A stretch of 64,000 nt of DNA from a virus (IMGVR_UViG_3300017655_000001:23439-87438), one strand, 5' to 3'; positions 33,741 to 43,815 are shown, counted from the stretch's first letter. Translations and numbers: made by a program. The notes: generated by a model not told the origin, from the letters alone.

Positions 33741-35915
33741 GTGAAAGTAACAAAGCGTGACGGTAGTTTAGAGAATTTTGAAGTAGAGAAAATTAAACAA
33801 GTTGTGGAATGGGCATGTGAGGGTTTGGATGCTAACCCTCTAGCTCTTGAGTCTAAGTTTGATGAATTTCTTTATGATGGTATCAGCACTACAACCCTAC
33901 AGCAAAATCTGATTGAGCATTCTAAAGCTCTTGTGTCGCCCCAAGAATCTGATTGGGTGTTTGTAGCTGGTCGCCTAAAGACTATGAATCGCTGGGCAGA
34001 TACTCGGTCTTATAACATCAGCTTTAAAGAGTTTGTTAAGGAACAAGTAGAACTTGGGGTTTGGAAGCATCCTGCATTCACCTCATATTCTGACGAAGAA
34101 CTTGATGAAATTGATACATGGATTGATGAGTCCTATGACCTTAATCATTCATACGCTTCTGTAGTAACAGCAGAGAGTAAGTATCTGATGCAGAATGAAT
34201 GCCTACAGCATATGTTTGCAGGCGAAGCTATGATCCTTGCTTATGTAGAGAAGAAAGAAGATAGAATGAAGTGGTGTAAAGTCTTCTTTGATAAGATCCG
34301 TATTCGTCGGCAAAGCTTAGCTAGTCCATGGCTTTCGAACCTACGGGCTAATGGTAACATTAGTAGCTGCTTTATTATTGCTCCAAAAGATGATTTATCA
34401 AGCATTTTTGACAACAATAAGAACGCTGCGATGATTAGTAAGGCTGGGGGTGGTCTTGGTTATTATCTCGGTTTCTTGCGTGCTGCTGGCTCTGATTTGA
34501 TGGGCAATAAAGGAGCTGCAACTGGTGTTATTGGTTGGGTGAAGATTCTTAACGACATTGCTGTGTTTGTAAACCAAGGCGGTAAACGTGCAGGTGCCAT
34601 CACTCCAGCACTTCCCGTTTGGCATGCAGACATTTCAGAGTTCCTTGATCTTCAAACTGAAGCTGGCGATCAGCGACGTAAGGCACATGATGTAATGCTC
34701 CAAGTTTGCGTTCCTGATAAATTCATGGAACTGAAAGACGATCCTCTTGCTACATGGTACACTTTCTGTCCTTATGAAGTTAAACAAAAACTAGATATTG
34801 ATTTACCTGAGTGTTACGATGTTCAGTTTGAAGAAGCTTACAACACTTGCGTAGAAGCTGCTGATCGTGGATTGCTGAAGGTAGTTCGTAAGTACAATGC
34901 GAAAGAATTGTTTAAGAAACTGATGAAAGTAGCTTTTGAAACTGGTCTCCCTTATCTTGCATTTACTGATGAAATTAACCGTAATAACCCAAACAAACAC
35001 GAAGGTAATATCTATTGCGTTAACCTGTGTGTTGAATCGTTTAGTGTCATGAAGCCAGATGAGTACGCACACACTTGCAACTTACTGTCCTTGGTTACTG
35101 GGCGTATTCCGATGGAAGAACTTTCAAACGAAGCTGAAGTTGCTGTACGAATGCTGGACAATGGTATTGAATTAACAGCGCCTCCCGTGAAGGAAAGTGC
35201 TAATCACAACTCCCGTTATCGTACAGTTGGCGTAGGAATTTTAGGTCTTCACGACATCATTGCACGAGAAGGTGTATCATTCCTGAACACTAAGTTTGTA
35301 ACTGAAGTTGCAGAAAGGATTATGTATGGTTGTGTGAAAGGTAGTATTGAACTGGCTAAAGAGCGTGGTCCATATCCTGCCTTCAAAGGTAGTATGTGGG
35401 ATACAGGAGAGATGATTTCCAAGTTCAATAAAGAGAGTGTTTGTGATGATTTAGACTGGCTTGCGTTGCAGAAAGAGATTGACCAGTACGGTATTCGTAA
35501 TAGTCAAATGACGAGCCCAGCGCCTAATACTACAACTGCTTTGTTTATGGATGCTGGTCCTAGCTGGACCCCTGTATATTCAGCAATGTACTTTGAAGAT
35601 AATAAAGATGGTCCTATGCCCGTAGTTGCAATGTATTTGAAAGATAATCCTCTTTCTTACGCACGTAACGTTACTAAGTACAAACCGTGGGAACTTACCT
35701 CTGTTGTATCCGCATTGCAGAAGTTTACAGATACTGGTATTAGTGCTGAGTATCTGATGGATAAGAACCAAGAAGGCTTTAAGGCTAAGTGGTTGTGGGA
35801 TACTTGGGATCAGGCTTGGAAAAAGAAAACAAAGGCTGTATACTATATCCGAACCATCAAGAAAGGTGAGGAACTTGTTAAAGATAATGGTGCTTGTGTT
35901 GGTTGCGCTGGATAA
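33741..35915 (+). CDS. nrdA: ribonucleotide reductase class I alpha subunit with ATP cone (724 aa)
   Basis: VTKRDG ATP cone; ISSCF; NLCVE; SPAPNTT; VYYIR; C-terminal CVGC; no intein. Confidence 0.95.
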   Translation: MKVTKRDGSLENFEVEKIKQVVEWACEGLDANPLALESKFDEFLYDGISTTTLQQNLIEHSKALVSPQESDWVFVAGRLKTMNRWADTRSYNISFKEFVKEQVELGVWKHPAFTSYSDEELDEIDTWIDESYDLNHSYASVVTAESKYLMQNECLQHMFAGEAMILAYVEKKEDRMKWCKVFFDKIRIRRQSLASPWLSNLRANGNISSCFIIAPKDDLSSIFDNNKNAAMISKAGGGLGYYLGFLRAAGSDLMGNKGAATGVIGWVKILNDIAVFVNQGGKRAGAITPALPVWHADISEFLDLQTEAGDQRRKAHDVMLQVCVPDKFMELKDDPLATWYTFCPYEVKQKLDIDLPECYDVQFEEAYNTCVEAADRGLLKVVRKYNAKELFKKLMKVAFETGLPYLAFTDEINRNNPNKHEGNIYCVNLCVESFSVMKPDEYAHTCNLLSLVTGRIPMEELSNEAEVAVRMLDNGIELTAPPVKESANHNSRYRTVGVGILGLHDIIAREGVSFLNTKFVTEVAERIMYGCVKGSIELAKERGPYPAFKGSMWDTGEMISKFNKESVCDDLDWLALQKEIDQYGIRNSQMTSPAPNTTTALFMDAGPSWTPVYSAMYFEDNKDGPMPVVAMYLKDNPLSYARNVTKYKPWELTSVVSALQKFTDTGISAEYLMDKNQEGFKAKWLWDTWDQAWKKKTKAVYYIRTIKKGEELVKDNGACVGCAG

Positions 35916-35926
35916 GGAGATTGATT

Positions 35927-36934
35927 TTGCTAGAACGTGTAAAACTTTTTAACGAGCTTGGAGGAGACTCGTTCTCCGACCAAGCTTTGTTTGGTGGTAA
36001 TCCTACAGGTATTGCTAACCTTAACAACATTCGATATGGCTGGGTAAACCCTCTTTACCGCACTATGGTGGGCAACTTCTGGCTTCCTCAAAAGGTAAGC
36101 TTAGTAGAAGACAAGATTAGCGTAAAAACACTTACAGAAGATGAAGACAAGGCAGTACGAGATACACTATCCTTTCTTATCTTCCTTGACAGTTTCCAAG
36201 TAAACAACCTGCCAAATATTGCGGATTACGTTACTAACCCTGCTGTTAAGAATCTTCTCACTATTCAAGCTTTCCAAGAAGTTATTCATAGTGAAACTTA
36301 TCAGTATATTATGGAAGCTTTGTATCCAAGTGAAGATCGAGATGCTATTTATAACCGGTGGCGTAACAATGAAGCACTGAAACAGCGTAATAAGTTTGTA
36401 GCAAGTATTGCTGAAGAGTTCGCAGAACACAAGACAACTGAAAATCTTCATAAAATCTTGGTTGCTAACTTGGTGCTTGAAGGTGTTTATTTTTACCAAG
36501 GATTTAATCTGTTTGACCAGCTCGCACACCGAGGGAAGATTGTAGGTACGGCTAAAGAGATTGATTATATTCGCCGTGATGAGCTTACTCATGTAGGCTT
36601 GTTCATGAATATGATTAAAGAAGTTAAACCTTCTGTTGAAATCGTCCACTCTATTTTTGACGAAGGAGTGAAGCAAGAGATTGCTCACTGTAAAACAACC
36701 TACGGTAATCGTATTCTAGGTATCTCTGAAACCAGCAGCGAGAAGTATGTTAAATGGCTAGGTAATGATCGACTTGCTCGGATTGGATACCCTCCTTTGT
36801 ACGAGAACGTAGAAGATCCCTATAAACATCTAACGCAGTCTAACAAGGAAGGCAATAAGAAAGAAAACTTCTTTGAAACGAGCGTCACCAGCTATGACAT
36901 GGCTGATTCTGTGGATGGCTGGGATGAGCTATGA
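35927..36934 (+). CDS. nrdB: ribonucleotide reductase class I beta subunit
   Basis: FLDS, QEVIHSETY, LEGVYF, RDELTH metal/radical ligands; AAGGAG RBS favours TTG 35927. Confidence 0.93.
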   Translation: MLERVKLFNELGGDSFSDQALFGGNPTGIANLNNIRYGWVNPLYRTMVGNFWLPQKVSLVEDKISVKTLTEDEDKAVRDTLSFLIFLDSFQVNNLPNIADYVTNPAVKNLLTIQAFQEVIHSETYQYIMEALYPSEDRDAIYNRWRNNEALKQRNKFVASIAEEFAEHKTTENLHKILVANLVLEGVYFYQGFNLFDQLAHRGKIVGTAKEIDYIRRDELTHVGLFMNMIKEVKPSVEIVHSIFDEGVKQEIAHCKTTYGNRILGISETSSEKYVKWLGNDRLARIGYPPLYENVEDPYKHLTQSNKEGNKKENFFETSVTSYDMADSVDGWDEL

Positions 36935-36941
36935 AATCTGC

Positions 36942-36970
36942 TTGACACACCCTAAAATCTAATCTATCAT
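36942..36970 (+). promoter_or_regulatory. sigma70-like promoter
   Basis: TTGACA-17-TATCAT. Confidence 0.7.
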
Positions 36971-37024
36971 TGAGGCATGTTCTGAAAAGGACATTGCCTC
37001 TTTCTTTTTGTTTGGAGAAACGAA

Positions 37025-37216
37025 ATGATGAATGAACTCAACTTTTGGTCTGTGGTATTTCTAATCGTTGCTGTACCAACTGGTTTAGTCTATTGGTGGA
37101 TGACCTCCTCTTGTGCTGAGCGAGGAGAGATGGAAGGGTACGCAATCACTAAAACTGTTGCTACTAAATGCTATGGTAGCAATGACGGTAAAGATTGGCA
37201 TAAAATTTGGTACTGA
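37025..37216 (+). CDS. small membrane protein (63 aa)
   Basis: N-terminal TM helix; GGAG RBS. Confidence 0.7.
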   Translation: MMNELNFWSVVFLIVAVPTGLVYWWMTSSCAERGEMEGYAITKTVATKCYGSNDGKDWHKIWY

Positions 37217-37434
37217 GGGCTACAGAAGTGACTTGGAACTACAGACTAGCTAAAAATAAAGATGGATTTTATGGGATTGTTGAAGTATATTACGACAAGG
37301 AGGGAGAAGTGACAGCTTGGACACAAGATTTTATTGATCCAAATCATTGGGAAAACCCTGAAGATGTGAAGAACACATTACAAAAGATGTTAGAGGCTTT
37401 TGATAAACCTTTGTTTGAGGAGATTATTCGATGA
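37207..37434 (+). CDS. hypothetical protein (up to 75 aa)
   Basis: WNYRL...IVEVYYD motif; start uncertain. Confidence 0.7.
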   Translation: MVLRATEVTWNYRLAKNKDGFYGIVEVYYDKEGEVTAWTQDFIDPNHWENPEDVKNTLQKMLEAFDKPLFEEIIR

Positions 37435-37597
37435 AAATTATGACTAAGGTATTACTATCTTCGCTTGGCTTTGTAGTTCTGGGCGCTATTTTGATTTGCA
37501 TTCCTAGTACAATGCCCGCCGGTATTGTTTCTCTTTGTGTGGGTACAGTCGGTTTTATGATGGCACCGCTGATCAGCATGGGAATTGAGGACTCAAA

Positions 37598-37789
37598 ATG
37601 AGAGGAAATCCATTCGTAAATCTTGTTGCAATCCTTGTAATGCTTATCTCTATTCTTACAGCAGGGAAAGTGTGGATTGATTGGAAAGTTAGTAAAGGAG
37701 AACCTGTAAGGAAAGAGGTTGTTGTTCCTCAGAAACCTCAGTATGATAAAAGTAAATTTGAAACAAGTGTGAAGGAAACTAAAGAATGA
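37598..37789 (+). CDS. small membrane protein (63 aa)
   Basis: GAGGA RBS; TM helix. Confidence 0.65.
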   Translation: MRGNPFVNLVAILVMLISILTAGKVWIDWKVSKGEPVRKEVVVPQKPQYDKSKFETSVKETKE

Positions 37790-37983
37790 TTATGAATTTT
37801 GACGAGATCGAGCGGAGAAGTATTAAAGAATTGAAACAGACAATGGAGCGGCTTACTGATCTTAATGGTAAAACTTACGACTACTACTTTAAAGTCTATC
37901 CCGGCTCAATCGGACCGACTATTAAATTTGTATGTGAAGAGCTTGACATAGAAAAAGATATCACCAACTATAATAATTGGTAA
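37786..37983 (+). CDS. hypothetical protein (65 aa)
   Basis: ATGA overlap; last gene before convergence. Confidence 0.7.
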   Translation: MIMNFDEIERRSIKELKQTMERLTDLNGKTYDYYFKVYPGSIGPTIKFVCEELDIEKDITNYNNW

Positions 37984-37995
37984 ATTCCAGACATA

Positions 37996-38030
37996 AAGAA
38001 AACGCCCAACCAATCAAGGAAGGGCGTTCT
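37996..38030 (-). terminator. terminator of late/lysis operon
   Basis: AACGCCC/GGGCGTT stem with TTCTTT tail on - strand. Confidence 0.6.
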
Positions 38031-38088
38031 AGGAAAGATGTTGGCTAACATCGAATATAGGGCTTTTAGGGCTTCTTGTATTTGTTCT

Positions 38089-38448
38089 TTACTTCTCAAT
38101 ATTAACTGTGTTATTGAGTAAGTTATTATTTATATTTTTCGGTTGACTCTTAAGGGTTTTATTCTCAAGCTCTAAAGCTTTAACTTTCCCTTCTAAAATA
38201 TCCTGCCTAGTTGACATACTAGACTGATAATCATCTACATTACGAGAAAGCCTGTTCAGGCGCCCTTCATAGTAGTTTAGGTTATCAGTCATAGATTTGT
38301 CTATCTGTTCTTTAAGAACATTGAATCCATTCTCAAAATCAAACGATTTGTTATTGTTTACAGAACCAGTCCAAAGGATAGTTGTCATAACAATTGCAAG
38401 GAGTAAGAAACTGAGGTCTACAAGTCTTTTGACAACTTCCCAAAACAT
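38089..38448 (-). CDS. membrane-anchored coiled-coil protein in lysis cassette (119 aa)
   Basis: N-terminal TM then coiled coil; GGGAG RBS. Confidence 0.7.
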   Translation of the reverse strand: MFWEVVKRLVDLSFLLLAIVMTTILWTGSVNNNKSFDFENGFNVLKEQIDKSMTDNLNYYEGRLNRLSRNVDDYQSSMSTRQDILEGKVKALELENKTLKSQPKNINNNLLNNTVNIEK

Positions 38449-38457
38449 ACCTACTCC

Positions 38458-38739
38458 CTATTTGTTCTGATTCTTTATGCTTCCAAAGTAAAGATCTAAG
38501 CGTGCAATAAGATCACTCTTCATAGCTGAAATAGAGGCATTGATTTCTTCCTTAAACTCTTTAAGATCGCCTCTATCCACTTTGCTAGTCTGTAGCACAA
38601 CAACTTTGTTTTCAAGATCCTTAATACGCTCTTGCTGTCCATTGTAAAGCATAGTCATAAAACCGATAACAACAGTTAGCAGACCAATTGCAGCACGTTC
38701 AGTTAGATTAGCGATCTTCCCGTTAGCATCATTTGACAT
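38458..38739 (-). CDS. single-TM coiled-coil protein, holin/antiholin-like (MSNDANGK...)
   Basis: AAIGLLTVVIGFMTMLY TM; AGAAGG RBS at ATG 38739. Confidence 0.65.
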   Translation of the reverse strand: MSNDANGKIANLTERAAIGLLTVVIGFMTMLYNGQQERIKDLENKVVVLQTSKVDRGDLKEFKEEINASISAMKSDLIARLDLYFGSIKNQNK

Positions 38740-38986
38740 TGTACAGTTCCTTCTGTTTATCGCGGTTCTGTCTGATTTTCTCAACCTGTGCTTTATACTT
38801 TGCAATACAAGATGTGTTCTTGTTGTAAGCAATAGCAAGTTCAATTAAGCTTTGACCAGCAGGAACAGCTTTACACGGATGAATTAATAAAGAATCAGGG
38901 GGCGAGACATAGGTTATCTGTTGGCTCTGTGTTACAATAGGACTGTTTGAGCAAGCCGACAAGTTCAGGGCTAAGTAACCCATCAT
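38729..38986 (-). CDS. o-spanin (Rz1-like lipoprotein)
   Basis: lipobox LSA-C, Pro-rich PPDSLLIHPC; start embedded in 3' end of i-spanin gene in another frame. Confidence 0.8.
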   Translation of the reverse strand: MMGYLALNLSACSNSPIVTQSQQITYVSPPDSLLIHPCKAVPAGQSLIELAIAYNKNTSCIAKYKAQVEKIRQNRDKQKELYNVK

Positions 38987-39305
38987 CAGGCAAATAAACG
39001 TCTTTTTGAATGACATTGTTTTTATCCTTTGGTTTGGATGGGAGTTTGTTCAGTTCTTGTGTGATGCTTTCAGCTTTATCTGCAATTACATTCTTTTCAG
39101 CATCAAGCTCTACTACAGAAGCATCATCTTGTTTACACGAAGAATCTTTAGTTTCTAGGGCTTTTTTAGATGATTCTAGAGCTTTCTGAGCGCTGGTAAG
39201 GGCAACACCAAAGGTAGCCTTTTCCTCGCTTAAATCATATGTTTTATAGCCTAGAAAATAACATAGAAGGACAAGAACAGCTATGATTCCAAGCAAGAAT
39301 TTCAT
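38895..39305 (-). CDS. i-spanin (Rz-like, 136 aa)
   Basis: N-terminal TM + coiled coil + C-terminal Cys pair; follows holin. Confidence 0.8.
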   Translation of the reverse strand: MKFLLGIIAVLVLLCYFLGYKTYDLSEEKATFGVALTSAQKALESSKKALETKDSSCKQDDASVVELDAEKNVIADKAESITQELNKLPSKPKDKNNVIQKDVYLPDDGLLSPELVGLLKQSYCNTEPTDNLCLAP

Positions 39306-39583
39306 GGTTTATCTTCCTTCTCTTGTTCTAGCGGCTCTGGTGCAGGATAAGACCATAACTTACGCTGTTGAATGAAACGTGCACAAACACCAAGAAGGTT
39401 CAAAGAGAACACAATTACAGCGTATGTTGTCCCTGTCATTACAGGCTCCAATAAGCCCATTAGAGGTAGGATCTGTTCAACAAAGGTAAGTACAATAGCA
39501 CTAAGATAAAACCAGAAAGAATATGTCTTTAGGACAGTTCGCCAATGAGGTACAACTTTAACTTTCTTTACTAAATTTTTCAT
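39302..39583 (-). CDS. holin (93 aa)
   Basis: HWRTVLKTYSFW, two TM helices, charged tail; between endolysin and spanins. Confidence 0.75.
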   Translation of the reverse strand: MKNLVKKVKVVPHWRTVLKTYSFWFYLSAIVLTFVEQILPLMGLLEPVMTGTTYAVIVFSLNLLGVCARFIQQRKLWSYPAPEPLEQEKEDKP

Positions 39584-40139
39584 AGGCTTCTTTCATCTTA
39601 ATATGATAATTATTCTTTTGGTACGCAGGTCCATTGTAGATCCTACTGAACGTCACCCAGTCTTTTTCTTGTAAAGCTTTCACAAGTCTTTTATCCGCTT
39701 TGATAAACTTAACAAAAGCTTCTAATTGACCTTGCTCAGAGTACATAGTATTTACGAAAGCTTGAACAGACAGGTAACCGAGGGCTTTCCAGTGGTAGCC
39801 CATAATTTGAAACTGTCCCCATGAAGCAGATTCTAAAGCTGTATTACGATCAATTAGTACTGCTCTTTGAAGCCTTTCGTGCTCACTTAAACCGCCCTTG
39901 TAACCGCCAGCTTTTGGGTTTACAATATCTGGGTATTTAACAGCCATGTCAGCAGATTTAATTGGCGTGTAGTCACGCAAGCGTTGGAACATAATATGAC
40001 GTTCAAAAAGAATCTTAGGGACAAGATTTCCTTGAGTGTCTTTGGTCAGTCCAGCGCCGTTTGACTCAACTGAAGCAATAGCTTTTACAGAAGCCTCTTC
40101 TACACCAAGATAACTTGCTGCTTTTTTATAATCAACCAT
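39558..40139 (-). CDS. endolysin, N-acetylmuramidase (DUF3380-type)
   Basis: AIASVES, ILFERH, ESASWGQFQIMG, YNGP; GAGGG RBS at ATG 40139. Confidence 0.9.
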   Translation of the reverse strand: MVDYKKAASYLGVEEASVKAIASVESNGAGLTKDTQGNLVPKILFERHIMFQRLRDYTPIKSADMAVKYPDIVNPKAGGYKGGLSEHERLQRAVLIDRNTALESASWGQFQIMGYHWKALGYLSVQAFVNTMYSEQGQLEAFVKFIKADKRLVKALQEKDWVTFSRIYNGPAYQKNNYHIKMKEAYEKFSKES

Positions 40140-40180
40140 AATTCCCTCTTTAAATAAAGCACATCCTTGTGCTATTTTTG

Positions 40181-42421
40181 TCATCCGTTATCCGCAAAAG
40201 ATCGCATCACCCACAAAGCACTGCCGGCGGCCCATTCCAAGGATATCCTATCGAGAGAGCTACTGAGCACCCTATCTGACCCGCAGCGGATGTTGCCGGT
40301 ACCATTTTTTACTGTGATAGTGGCGTTTCCGATTCGAAGGTCGAGAATCTGCCTATCGGAGACGCCAGCAGCAATATTAACAAGGTCGTCCGCCACGCCG
40401 CCTTCGCCGTTTATTACATGCTGATAGGTTGTTGGTGTGATCGATCCTGAAGAAATAGTTAGAACTGCACCCGCCTGCGGGGCGGTAAGTTTTGGAACAA
40501 AGACACCTTGTGGTGTTGCAGAAAATATTTCTACTCCGGTATGCCAAAGTCTTATAGTGTCTTCAGAAATATCATAACCAAATGCAAATCCATTGTTTTC
40601 TGATGCCAGGTCAGATGTGAACTGTATGCCCACGTCGCCAACACCGCGCCCAATACCCACCTTCATTGCAGAAAAACCGCCTGCAACGTTTGGGTTTACC
40701 TTGGAATAAATAGCAGAAGCGTTACCCGCAATGCCACCGCTTATCCTGAAAGGTATTCTTCCTGCAAATTCAGGATGGAAGAAGGCGCCGAGTTCAGCAA
40801 CTCGCATTTCGTCAATCACCACGCCTGGACCTGTATTTAGGTTTGCAAGCCATTTCGTGGTATTTGAACCAGGCACTCCATAATTACCGCTTTCCAATAT
40901 TCCTGCCAAGAATTTAACACTTGAGCAGTATCCAAGTTCTACTGGGTAGTTAATAGCAGACCTGAAAATCACGCTGGAGAAAAATTGCCCAGCCAGATCT
41001 ACAGTATTTACGCTCACATCGCCATCGATGTAAAGGCATCGCCATTTTTCTGCGTCAGCGTTTACATAATAGTCAGCAACAGTAAGGCCGCCAACGTTGG
41101 CTACGCGGGAGTTGTTATCTTTTGATCCAATGGTCGTTCCGTAAATCATAGTCCCCGACAACCCTTGGGATTGGGACGATGGCGAACTGGCACCAAGAAG
41201 AGAAATCCCATGACGACCGGAATACATGCCCCGGTCAATTATGTTCCCGTCCGGGTCATCATTGCCCGGCTGTGACCAAATCGTCGTGCCTGATTTATCG
41301 AAATATCCCCATACGGTCATGTCCTGCTGTAGATTTCGTGGGGAGTCCATATTAAAAATTCCCATATCGTAATCTGTTGCAGTATTCTGATCGTATAGAG
41401 GTGTGTAATTTCCATCTTCGTCAAAACAGTCGTTGTCTTGAACTACCGCAAAGTTTATAAGCTCATTGCTATTTGACTTTAGGCATATACATGGCTTAAC
41501 TGTGGCGTAGTCGTCCGTTCTGTTTGTTAAGTTGTACGTTGTTACGGGCCCGCCGTTTTTAAATATGAGGGTTGCGCCGGGAATTTTATCTTTAAACAGA
41601 ATACCATCTGTATCGGTCCCCCTTCGCAACCACCGCTTATCGTCAAATGTTTGATAGTGCATCTTTGCCACAGCGCCCCGACCTTTAAAAGCTATAGGCC
41701 TATCTGAAACCTCGATGCTACCTACAATACCATAAACCCCGATTTCATCAAAAGAAGCGTTGAAAGTTTGTGCGTATTCTAGCGCATCGATTAGTGCAGG
41801 TCTACTATCAAACGCATAGGTGCGCTTTCCTCCAAACATAACAATGGTTATTCTATCAGCTTTTATTAGCCACCACGCCCCATCGGCAGATTGCTTATGC
41901 CACGGTTTAATTGTAGATGGCGTTGCAATGCGAATAAGGGCTTGTGCACCACCATCATTTGGTGTATGATAGCCTCTTAAATATATTGAATTCACAGTTA
42001 TTGGTACTGTTGCAGCTAATAACTGTGCCATTGTATCGTAAGTTTGATTTAATAGAACCTCTAACTCGTTTTCTGCAGTAGTTAATCTTGAGTTAATAGA
42101 GGAAACAGTGGGTATTTGGACCGCCACACTACCGTCAAACTGATACTGCTCACCGGTTGTCCTTACAACAAAGACAAACCACTTAGGGCACGGTGAAGAG
42201 TAGTAAGTTCCATCAACAACAAAATAGAATCTATTATCTACTGTGTTGAAATAAGCTTGACCATTTACGGCAGGAGGCAGACTAGATACAATTCCATCTA
42301 CGTTCCTATCGAACATGTAGGAAAACTTAAGCCAGTTTTCATCAGCACCAGTGTTCCAACTTCCCTCGCCTAGGTTCCAGCCCCATTTGCCTTCTAGGAA
42401 GGGACTCGTTTTTTGTGGCAT
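40181..42421 (-). CDS. tailspike / putative depolymerase receptor-binding protein (746 aa)
   Basis: N-terminal anchor (WGWNLGE..W), YLRGYHTPNDGGA head, FGGK...DS..AL pectate-lyase-type entry, beta-rich body. Confidence 0.8.
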   Translation of the reverse strand: MPQKTSPFLEGKWGWNLGEGSWNTGADENWLKFSYMFDRNVDGIVSSLPPAVNGQAYFNTVDNRFYFVVDGTYYSSPCPKWFVFVVRTTGEQYQFDGSVAVQIPTVSSINSRLTTAENELEVLLNQTYDTMAQLLAATVPITVNSIYLRGYHTPNDGGAQALIRIATPSTIKPWHKQSADGAWWLIKADRITIVMFGGKRTYAFDSRPALIDALEYAQTFNASFDEIGVYGIVGSIEVSDRPIAFKGRGAVAKMHYQTFDDKRWLRRGTDTDGILFKDKIPGATLIFKNGGPVTTYNLTNRTDDYATVKPCICLKSNSNELINFAVVQDNDCFDEDGNYTPLYDQNTATDYDMGIFNMDSPRNLQQDMTVWGYFDKSGTTIWSQPGNDDPDGNIIDRGMYSGRHGISLLGASSPSSQSQGLSGTMIYGTTIGSKDNNSRVANVGGLTVADYYVNADAEKWRCLYIDGDVSVNTVDLAGQFFSSVIFRSAINYPVELGYCSSVKFLAGILESGNYGVPGSNTTKWLANLNTGPGVVIDEMRVAELGAFFHPEFAGRIPFRISGGIAGNASAIYSKVNPNVAGGFSAMKVGIGRGVGDVGIQFTSDLASENNGFAFGYDISEDTIRLWHTGVEIFSATPQGVFVPKLTAPQAGAVLTISSGSITPTTYQHVINGEGGVADDLVNIAAGVSDRQILDLRIGNATITVKNGTGNIRCGSDRVLSSSLDRISLEWAAGSALWVMRSFADNG

Positions 42422-42431
42422 AAATAATTCC

Positions 42432-42854
42432 CTAAGATTTAGGATAAGCTAGTTTAATTTCTTCTTTTCTAGCTAAACCTTTTTGTTTAAGTTCTTTAAC
42501 TTCAACAGAAGATGCGGTGTAGCCATCAGCTTGAAGAGCCAAAGCTTCTGCAAAATACCTATCACTACCATTAATAGGGTCTGCATATGCTATTAAACGT
42601 AGTGTGGTATAATCTTCTTGGTGGCTAGGTTTATTTTCTTTCAGAGGCTCACTGAAAATCGCATTCTTAAATTCCCAACCTTGTTTTGGAATTTCATCTC
42701 TAGGAACCTCTACACATTGTTTAACAAAATCTTCGGTGAAGACCTTATGTAATGGAATTTCATCACCTTTATCGTCCCTAGGCGTCTGAATAAGTTCAAA
42801 CACAACCCCGTCTACGACTCTTGCATAAATCTTGTCCATTATGCATACTCCCAA
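42432..42854 (-). CDS. tail fibre assembly/chaperone-like protein (140 aa)
   Basis: YARVVDGVVFE...GWEF motif; follows fibre gene; start may be second Met. Confidence 0.65.
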   Translation of the reverse strand: MGVCIMDKIYARVVDGVVFELIQTPRDDKGDEIPLHKVFTEDFVKQCVEVPRDEIPKQGWEFKNAIFSEPLKENKPSHQEDYTTLRLIAYADPINGSDRYFAEALALQADGYTASSVEVKELKQKGLARKEEIKLAYPKS

Positions 42855-43804
42855 ACAATTACCAATCCATTACCACCGTTCCCGCCCAATTGAGCAGTGC
42901 CACCAGCTTGCGAGATAGCTCCGCTACCACCAGCACCTAGTACGCCTGAAACTCCAGAGCCTGTGTTAATTGCACGCGCTGCGCCTTGGGAGAGATAGCT
43001 AGCACCCCCACCACCGGAAATACTATTACCTACTGTTGTAACAGTGGCTGGTAGTCCTGTAGCGCCGGGTGAATTAAGTAACGAACCCCCGGAACTAGTC
43101 CCTTGGTTGCCTCCCGCATTTTGTACGGGAATAGATGCTGTAGGTACTAAAGAGATTCCTCCACCTCCCCCAGTAGCTGTTAATACACCACCGAACGATG
43201 ATGAACCACCATTACCCCCGTTAGTAACTCCGCCCCCGCCAGTACCGCCAACCCCAACTACGATAGCAGCGCCTGAGAAACCAGATGTCAGCAAGCCTTT
43301 TGTATAGCCGCCAGCACCTCCACCAGATCCAACCGAAACTTGGGTAGCACCTGTTGCACCTGCACCTGCACCTCCCCCGCCAGCACCTTGTACTTCTACT
43401 ATAATACTACGAGTTCCTGGCGTAGGCGTGTATGTAGTATTCGAGGTAAACCTTTGAACATTCAGTAAACCCCCAGAAGCATATTTAGTCCAATTTATGT
43501 ATGTAGTATCTGTTACAGGGTTTACATTTGTATGAGTAGTGCGAGCTTTGTAAATAAAACCATCACTACCTTGGACATAACTCTTACCTGCTTGATATTC
43601 GATTGTTGAAGACCATACACTAATACCATGCTGTGCAATATGTGCGATAGCTTGATCTTGACGATTATCTAGCCAGTTAAACCATTGTCTCGGAGGTATT
43701 TCCGGGGCCCAGCCTTGTTGTATTTTTGTGTCTGAGGGTTTTAAGATATCCCCCGAACTGGCCCACTGAAGATTCAAATCAGGGGGTAGAATGTATTCAG
43801 CCAT
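42839..43804 (-). CDS. tail fibre protein with Gly-rich C-terminal domain (321 aa)
   Basis: PPRQWFNW, WSSTIEY, VQRFT...YTPTPG, GGGAGGY repeats. Confidence 0.85.
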   Translation of the reverse strand: MAEYILPPDLNLQWASSGDILKPSDTKIQQGWAPEIPPRQWFNWLDNRQDQAIAHIAQHGISVWSSTIEYQAGKSYVQGSDGFIYKARTTHTNVNPVTDTTYINWTKYASGGLLNVQRFTSNTTYTPTPGTRSIIVEVQGAGGGGAGAGATGATQVSVGSGGGAGGYTKGLLTSGFSGAAIVVGVGGTGGGGVTNGGNGGSSSFGGVLTATGGGGGISLVPTASIPVQNAGGNQGTSSGGSLLNSPGATGLPATVTTVGNSISGGGGASYLSQGAARAINTGSGVSGVLGAGGSGAISQAGGTAQLGGNGGNGLVIVWEYA

Positions 43805-43815
43805 ATGTTTTCCTA

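Noticed and set aside
22341-35915. Inteins or introns in DNA polymerase, helicase or nrdA
   Set aside because: Lengths are normal (702, ~580 and 724 aa), motifs are contiguous, and no C...HN intein ends are seen.
36167-36688. 173-aa antisense ORF inside nrdB (and similar antisense ORFs at 8266-8622, 23142-23501, 26840-27196, 46489-46869, 55413-55817)
   Set aside because: They lie opposite well-supported genes, lack RBS or motifs, and fit shadow ORFs caused by codon bias. The MTase beta frame differs because it is same-strand and carries a missing catalytic motif.
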